A stretch of DNA of 64,000 nucleotides from an uncultured delta proteobacterium (GTDB taxonomy: Bacteria > Desulfobacterota > Binatia > Binatales > Binataceae): NCBI GenBank assembly GCA_963842085.1, contig CAWJET010000001.1, forward strand, positions 2,496,001-2,560,000, given 5' to 3'. This document shows, in pieces, positions 57,523 to 64,000 of this stretch (within the stretch, counting starts at the first letter, position 1; the number at the start of each line of letters is the position of its first letter). Made by a program: the position numbers and the translations under genes. Under the pieces are notes generated by a model. That model was not told the origin of the DNA. It made no database searches and was given only the letters and a program-made list of their open reading frames with translations.

Positions 57523-58713
57523 AGTATTTCAGTGGAGACGGACGTGGGAGACGGGAGGGTGTAGGGGGGCGAGCCTGCGACTGGATGGCCGGGTGACCCC
57601 CACGCCTTTCCAGTCGCGACATGCACCGGGAACGAGAGGTAAGCGGGCAGCTACGGCAAATCCAATGGCCCGCGCTCTTGCAACTCGTGGTCGATCGAAC
57701 GGCGCGGTTTTTGGAGAGGGTAGTCCGCGGGCCAGAGTGGACAAAATTTAAGGAGGCGGCGCCTCAGTTTTCCAAGGCGCGAGGATCTTGCCTGGTTTAT
57801 CTCAGGTTTCCAATACCGGATTCCAATCGACCTGGTTGGCAGCATCCTCGCGCCCTCCCAGTCCATTCACACCTTTCATCCCGCTCATCCGAACCGCCCG
57901 CTTCCTATGGGCAGCAATGAATGTGCCACGAGCGATTGGTAAATAACGCTCCGAATAGGCGGCGCGCTCCTGCTATCAATCAGCCGATAGCTACAAATTG
58001 TAGAATTACTGCAACGATGTGTCGCTAACGCTACTTATCTTGATTGCGATGACCGACTTTTACGGAACGGGTGGCTGAGAGCCCGCGGGCTGGAAAGGCA
58101 ATGGTCTTCAGCACTTACTTGATTCGCCAGTACAGAGTTTCCTTCGGCCAGGGCATCACGAACAGATCGAGAAGAGACGATGCTCGACTGTTCGGCTCGG
58201 GCGATGCGGTCATTTGGCGCCGTGCCGAGCTTCGGGATGCGCGGAGCGTCGCCGAGCCCGCGCCGAGATGCCAGCAGTCGATCCGACGTCAACGTTGAAC
58301 CGATTGCGCAACTGGGCGGAAGCCCCTTCGGGCCTACTCGCTAACGGCCGGCTGTTTCCAGACTGGTGAAGGTTGACCTACGGCGAGCCGATCCCACTCG
58401 CGCCGCTCTCTCAACGGTCGCGCCGCATGGAGAGTGAGCGCTCGTGGACGACGCATACCGTGTGTCAAGCAGCTATCGATAACCGCTATCGGGTGGTTCC
58501 TGGCGAATCGGTGGAACTGCCGTCCGCATGATGGTGGATCAGCTTCCATTTGCCCTCTTCGAGCCGGAAGATGTTGGTTGCGCGTTGATAGTAACAGAGG
58601 CTTATGCGGCTTCAACTCTCACCTGTTTCGTGTCTCGCCATTGCAAACCGACTCTTCAGAATAGCTATGGCGATTGAGATTTTCGCCGCGCGTGAGCTAT
58701 AAGGGAATTGGGT

Positions 58714-58926
58714 TTAGTCGGTGAACACTTCCAGTCCAGCCTTTCCCAGCGTTGTCAGAGCTGCCGCCTTATCAAACGGATTAACAAGAACCACCGCGCA
58801 GCCGTTAGCGATGCCGCCTGGACGAGCGGAGAAGATACGCGACTGATGGAGAACAGTGCAGGCGTGCGCGACGAGTCCATCGGATGGGTGGCCTGCGGGG
58901 TCGGGCGGTCGTACGAAGATTCTCAT
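58714..58926 (-). CDS. Small hypothetical protein (~70 aa)
   Basis: MRIFVRPPDP..CAVVLVNPFDKAAALTTLGKAGLEVF; GAGG upstream; weak support. Confidence 0.4.
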   Translation of the reverse strand: MRIFVRPPDPAGHPSDGLVAHACTVLHQSRIFSARPGGIANGCAVVLVNPFDKAAALTTLGKAGLEVFTD

Positions 58927-59166
58927 GCCTGAGACCTCAGAGATTAGATACGCAGGAACGTACCAGCGGCTCAAGTTAATGACAAGAGTACGACCTCGCA
59001 ATCACAGCTTACGAACGTACGAAATAAACGAACTGTCAGGGTCTAAATGAGGACTTTGCGTCTCTACGCCCGTCCCTTCGAGGGCAACGTGTCGTTGGCG
59101 ACTCGGTCATCGGCGAGCCAGCGCAGGGAGTGCGCCAGCGCCGCGCCGCCGTTCTCGCGTACCCAC

Positions 59167-59285
59167 CACCCTGATATCCGGGCGCCAAGGGCTCGCCACC
59201 CATCGATGCCTGGGAATGGATGGTGCACTGTCGTACAGCCGGTGCGGTACTCTTTAGGGAAGTGTGGAGAAGGGAGGGTGTGAGG
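59167..59285. repeat. ~135-bp repeat family, copy 1 (partial)
   Basis: CACCCTGATATCCGGGCGCCAAGGGCTCGCCACCCATCG...GGATGGTGCACTGTCGTACAGCCGGTGCGGTAC. Confidence 0.8.
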
Positions 59286-59315
59286 TCGTCCGGAGCATGA
59301 TTGAGCTTGCGGGTG

Positions 59316-59466
59316 GAGTTATTGTCAAATGTTGTGGATCCGCCGGTCATGATCAGGCGGCTTCCCTTGGTTGACTGTGAGTTGATTGGATAAGGTGATT
59401 GGCCGGATCGACTTGGACACCATCGGCGAACTTCACCCCGGCACGAATCAGCGGCAATAGCTCCAG
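59316..59466 (-). mobile_element. IS256-family extreme C-terminal remnant and terminal repeat
   Basis: ELLPLIRAGVKFADGVQV...REAA* followed by ATCCACAACATTTGACAATAACTC. Confidence 0.7.
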
Positions 59467-59487
59467 TCTGGAGTTGTGGTGAATGAA

Positions 59488-59665
59488 GGATGGTACGTTG
59501 TGGGACAGCAGCACGGTTAGTATTTCAGCGAAGACAGGCAAAGAACAGAAAAGGGTAAGGTCACCCGGATATCCGGACGCCAGAGGCTCGACCTCCCATC
59601 CATGCCTGCTGGGTGTACGACGTGACTATTCCGGCTTGAGACGAACAGAAGCGGGAGGGGCTGAT
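59488..59665. repeat. ~135-bp repeat family, copy 2 (tail of one unit + head of the next)
   Basis: TATTTCAGCGAAGACAGGCAAAGAACAGAAAAGGGTAA|GGTCACCCGGATATCCGGACGCCAGAGGCTCG. Confidence 0.85.
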
Positions 59666-59727
59666 CTCGCTCATAGACGATGAGACATTGGATCATCCAT
59701 GGAGCCTTTCATCGTCGGCAGGCGTTT

Positions 59728-60177
59728 CTATTTTTTCTGTATCGTCTCGACGTAACGAACGATCTCGGTAATTCTCTGTTTTACCGCGGCGTCGTTCTCA
59801 GGAGTGAGCTGGTGGCCTTGGTTCTGGAGATACGTGCCCCAGAACGGCATCGCGAACCGCTTGTGCGAATCCATCATTCCTCGGCCGTCGACTATCCGAT
59901 ACACCTTCTCGAAGGGGAATTTACCACCGTTCCTCGAGCTGATGTCAGTGAGGTCCGGTGGATTCGTCTCTGTAAGGTCTCTTCCTTTTCCAGTACCGTC
60001 AGTTCCGTGACAGGGAGCGCAAAGCTGTTCGAAATCATGTTTGCCGGTAGACTGGCTGACGGCGCTCGTTCCGCCACCAAATACCACAAGAAGACAGGCC
60101 ATCGCACCAATCGCTGCTGCAGAAAGAGCTTGCCGAATTGACCGTCTTGTGATGCTCACCTCGGTTCGTCGGTTCAT
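59728..60177 (-). CDS. Monoheme c-type cytochrome
   Basis: Signal/TM; GKHDFEQLCAPCHGTDGTG, PPDLT..RNGGKFP, MPFWG axial Met. Confidence 0.92.
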   Translation of the reverse strand: MNRRTEVSITRRSIRQALSAAAIGAMACLLVVFGGGTSAVSQSTGKHDFEQLCAPCHGTDGTGKGRDLTETNPPDLTDISSRNGGKFPFEKVYRIVDGRGMMDSHKRFAMPFWGTYLQNQGHQLTPENDAAVKQRITEIVRYVETIQKK

Positions 60178-60251
60178 CTGGTTCACGTTCGCCTCACCTG
60201 TCGAAAGCTGCTCGTAGAAATAATGTGACAAATCGAACGCTCCGGCGAGGG

Positions 60252-60387
60252 GGTCACCCAGATATTCGGGCGCCAGAGGCTCGCCCCCCATCGACATGCG
60301 GATGGTGCACTTCCCGGAGGGTGCGCTCTGGTACACCCGGTGCGGTAACTATTTCAGCGAACACGGGCAAGAACAGAAAAGGGTAAC
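60252..60387. repeat. ~135-bp repeat family, copy 3 (full unit)
   Basis: GGTCACCCAGATATTCGGGCGCCAGAGGCTCGCCCCCCATCG...GGTGCGGTAACTATTTCAGCGAACACGGGCAAGAACAGAAAAGGGTAA. Confidence 0.9.
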
Positions 60388-60495
60388 TTGCCGTCGGATC
60401 AGCTTGCGTACCCCCTCTCTAGGGGTTGCCTCTTCCACCCCCGCGCAGAGAGTGCCTGCTTCAATCCCTCTATAGCAAATGGTCTCGTTGCACCA

Positions 60496-62807
60496 TCAGG
60501 GAAGGTCCGGCGAGATCGATGCTATCGACTGTCTCAGGGCCTTCAACTGGTTATAGATCCCCACCAGCTTCCCGCGATTGCGCTGATTTGCGGCCTTCTT
60601 CAACTCGACCTGGAGGTTCTTTGCCTGGGTCTGAACGGTGAGGTAATTGTCCGGCACGGTCACGTGCGCGCCCGCAATGACGCGGTCAACGTCGCCAAGA
60701 TCCGAGGTGCAGTTGAGGACCGGTACTGTAATGGGCAAGCCGGCATCAATTCGATTGATGGAATCGTCCACCAGCCGCTCGCAATCGGCGATGCTGTATA
60801 CGGTGCTCAACGCGCGCAGGAAGAACCCGATCTGATTCAATACCTGCTGCGTGTCGCCGCCGGTATAGGTGCTCGCCAGGCTGTTGAGCGAAAAGGCGCC
60901 GCAAGAAGGAATCCCCCTTGGGCAATTTCTGCCTGTTGGGACAGCAGTATGCGCCACGCCGGCTACCGATTGGTCGAAGGCAGGGCTGAAGTAGAACGAC
61001 GCGGCATCCTCGATATTGGTGGCGATTCCGCTGTCGTGGAAGAACGCATTCTTGCGAGGGGCTTCGATGATCGACTGGATATTAAAGTCGCCCTGAACCG
61101 CTCCCGGATCCTGCGGAATCACGACCGGGGAAACCACCTCGTTTAGCGCAAGCGAGCCACCGGAGCCCGAAAAACTGGCGAACGGATCGCCAAGATCCCT
61201 CAAGCCGTCTGCATTAGTGTCTGAGATAAAGTTTCTTCCCGCTTTGCCCAGCCGTTGACTAGCGATTCCAAGATTGAGCCAGGTGATTTCGTTATCTACC
61301 ACCGTGTCTCCGATCACGGTTGGCCAAGCCGGCTCGACCGCGCCAGAAGTCCCAACAGCACCGGCGCTGCTGGTGTAGGCGAGGAAGAGATACGGATTGG
61401 TCGAATCGGTCGGCGTTACAACACCCCATACCATATCGGTCGGTGAGCCGATCGCCGGGATGTACGTCTGATCTGGCTGCCATGTCGTCGAGACATTTTC
61501 CGGGCTGACGACCAGCGCCGGCGCTACAGCCGGCACTCCGAGATCGTCACCGATAGTGTCCTGTGCTCCGCCGTTGAAGTGGCAGAGATTACAGCTCGCA
61601 CGGCTGTCGAGAAAGATTGCCTTGCCCGTCTCCGCAACAGCGTCGTTGAAGGTGATTACGCTTTGCGAGAATGAAGTCTGAGTTCCGTTCCTGCCTGTGG
61701 CGAAAGCGCTGGCCGAGAACTGCGCGCCCGTGCAAATCGCCGAGGGAGCCGAGTTGGAACAGAGCGCGAGTTCGAATTGGCGGCCTAGGTATTCCTGGAA
61801 TGCTGCCATCGCGTCGAGTTCGGCGGCAGTTGGGCATCGAAAATCGGGGCCGGGAACCCGGTTCAGCTGCGCGTAAAATGTTTGCGGACCGCGCCAAGTG
61901 AAAATGTCCGGAGCGCAAGCGTGAGATCGGTCGGACGCGCCGCAAACTCATTGATCGCGTCAACGCAGTCGGCGTTCTTCGGAGAATTGGCAATTATCGA
62001 CGGATCGATCAGGGCACCGTCTCCACCCCATCCAAGTTCAATATCCCGGGTGCCGTCGTCGGCGACGCCTCCTCCGATAGCTGCACCCGGACAAGGTGCA
62101 GCAACTATCATGAAGCCGCCGCTGCCTGTGCCCGAGGTCACCGACGCGAAAGTGAACTGCGTCGCCGAGAGCACGCCGGAGGCTGTAGTAGGCGCGATCA
62201 GGCCAGTTACCGTTGCGGTCGCATTGAATCCATCAATCGAATTGTTTTCGAATGAGATTGTCTCTCCTTCGAAAAGCTCCATGGGTTCGATCATCGTCAC
62301 GGTAGCAGTCGCACCGTCGCCCGTGATCGAGGAAACCACCCCGGAATTCACGCAGAGGTTCGAGGTCGTAAACGCCAAACCTCCGAGCGCCATCGAAGCC
62401 CGGAGCGGACCTTCGGGGTTGTTGACGTTGCCCGGGGGTCCGTTCGCGATGTTGAACAACGTTAGCTTCTGAACTGTCGTCGGGTTTTCAAGATTCGGGT
62501 TCTTAGTCGCCAGAACCAGGTTCCTGTCGTGAGCACTCATCGAGGCGAGGTCCGAGGGAGCCAGGCCGTAGTCGTGCTCGGGTATATGGCAGGTCTTGCA
62601 GGTGCGGCCGTTGCCGTTGAATGTTTCCTGGGTGAAAAGCTTGAATCCCTTATCGATCAGCTTCGCGCTTTTTACGTCGAACGCCCACGCGCTTCTCGGG
62701 GTAATCGTCCCCAGAGCCAGCAAAACCAGGGCATCGAATGTGAGGATCCACCGCCACGTGGTTTGCCTCGCGACTGTTTCACGGAAAGAAGTTAGTGCCG
62801 TCTGCAT
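60496..62807 (-). pseudogene. Diheme cytochrome c peroxidase/MauG-superfamily protein, split by a 1-nt frameshift at ~61863
   Basis: GFKLFTQETFNGNGRTCKTCH; ETGKAIF..SCNLCHFNGG; FNIQSIIEA..FFHD; adding one base gives the continuous read KHFTRSLNRVPGPDFRCPTAAELDAMAAF. Confidence 0.8.
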
Positions 62808-63149
62808 TTTCAACGCAAATCCTCCTGTTCCGGACAGGCACGCCGATCCCCGCACTGAGCGTTGAACGTGGCCGCGACCCCGAGCGCCAACTGCACGGAG
62901 TTTCCCCGAGCGCGAACATAGCAGGCGCCCACAGATAGGCAAAACGGACGCAGCCTTGAATAACCATCATTTGAGTCTCCAAGAAGTCGTTTCCGGCGGC
63001 TACACTGCGATCAGTTTTCTTTAAGCAGCAAGGGTGAAGATTTTCACGAGCATCGGGACGAGAGCAAGCCTGGTTCCAATCCGCCCCGTAGTGCAACTCG
63101 CTCACCATCGATCTCTGAAGGGGTGCTCACAGCAAGGATGGTCAGGCGT

Positions 63150-63405
63150 GGTCACCCGGATAATCCGGCGCCAGGGGCTCACCCCCCATCGATCCGCGGA
63201 TGCGCGCACTTCCCGGAGGGTGCACTGTCGTTCAGCGGTGCGGTAACTATTTCAGCGAAGACGGGCAAGAACAGAAAAGGGTAAGGTCGCCCGGATATCC
63301 GGGCACCAGGGGCTCGCCCCCCGTCGGTGTGTGGATGATGCACCCGGTGCGGTAACTGTTTCAGCGAGGATGGGCGCGGACATGGGGAGGGAGGTGCTGA
63401 CTGGG
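63150..63405. repeat. ~135-bp repeat family, copies 4 and 5 in tandem
   Basis: Full unit 63150-63284, then an internally shortened unit from 63285 with perfect palindrome CCCGGATATCCGGG (63290-63303). Confidence 0.9.
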
Positions 63406-63675
63406 GTTGGCCCCGGCTGGCGTTCTCGTGCGCCGGCCCGTTCTTTTTCCCGATTGCGGCGAGTATCTATCCGGGGGCTTATGTGCTACACGACGATCAG
63501 GAAGCAGGCTGCGTCGAACATCCGAGGCACATTAGGCTCTCGCAGAACGGAGCCGGGAACCTCGGGCGCACAACCTGCTTTTTCGACGTCAAATACCGGG
63601 TCACAGCAGCGAGCGCAGCGGTGTGGCGGCGCTGTTTTAGCAAACACGGTGATGAAAAGCCGCGCTCGGCGTTCG

Positions 63676-63915
63676 TCAGACGTCGCGAATCATGTGCGAG
63701 ATCCAGACCAAGATGACGGCACCGATGGTCGCGATGACGATGCCACCGATCAAACCGTTGGGTCCGGGAATGCCGAGCGCGCCGAATAGCGAGCCGCCGA
63801 CGAGGCCTCCTATCAGGCCGAGTATGAGATCGCCGATTAATCCGAAACCTTCGCCATGCACGAGCTTGCCGGCCAGCCAGCCCGCGATAATTCCGACTAC
63901 GATCCAGTAAAGCAT
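63676..63915 (-). CDS. GlsB/YeaQ/YmgE family (transglycosylase-associated) membrane protein
   Basis: WIVVGIIAGWLAGKLV.GEGFGLIGDLILGLIGGLVGG..IVIATIGAVILVWI; GAGG RBS. Confidence 0.93.
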   Translation of the reverse strand: MLYWIVVGIIAGWLAGKLVHGEGFGLIGDLILGLIGGLVGGSLFGALGIPGPNGLIGGIVIATIGAVILVWISHMIRDV

Positions 63916-64000
63916 CGTGGGGTCCTCATTGCATTTTTCTCGAAGTGATCTGCACTCGCATTGGTAGCGACCTCTGGATGGCACATCCTGCGCGCGGTCA

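Noticed and set aside
57540-58700. Short ORFs downstream of IS630
   Set aside because: No recognisable motifs or RBS; probably decayed sequence.
59167-63405. CRISPR array or integron attC interpretation of the repeats
   Set aside because: Units too long and irregularly spaced, no cas or intI in the window, no RYYYAAC/GTTRRRY ends.

Overview
GC-rich bacterial chromosome segment. Gene content (tandem DUF1329, amidohydrolase_2, CoA-transferase III, F420-type LLM oxidoreductase, IclR) resembles Deltaproteobacteria-related soil lineages such as Binatota; this is inference only. Housekeeping/metabolic blocks lie at 1-17.9 kb (etfAB, IclR, MacAB, DUF1329 x2, a divergent ychF, with an inserted MutH/Sau3AI-like nuclease + DNA methylase pair) and at 53-56.4 kb (ending in tRNA-Thr(CGT)). 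Between them is a ~35 kb mosaic, partly decayed accessory region with no visible integrase. It holds a terminase-small-subunit remnant, a broken type I R-M operon, intact BrnT/BrnA, an ardC remnant, and an apparently intact Cro/ERF/YqaJ/initiator-like-HNH/P-loop ATPase module ending in inverted iterons. It also holds large secreted Pro/Thr-linker proteins (NHL repeat, S53 peptidase), a 5'-truncated group II intron and many GT-C-type membrane glycosyltransferases. Downstream of the tRNA is a second accessory region: IS630, an IS256 remnant, a cytochrome c, a frameshifted diheme peroxidase-like gene with inserted beta domains, and an unexplained ~135-bp structured repeat family sitting between these genes. 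All protein calls come from motif recognition by eye, not database searches.
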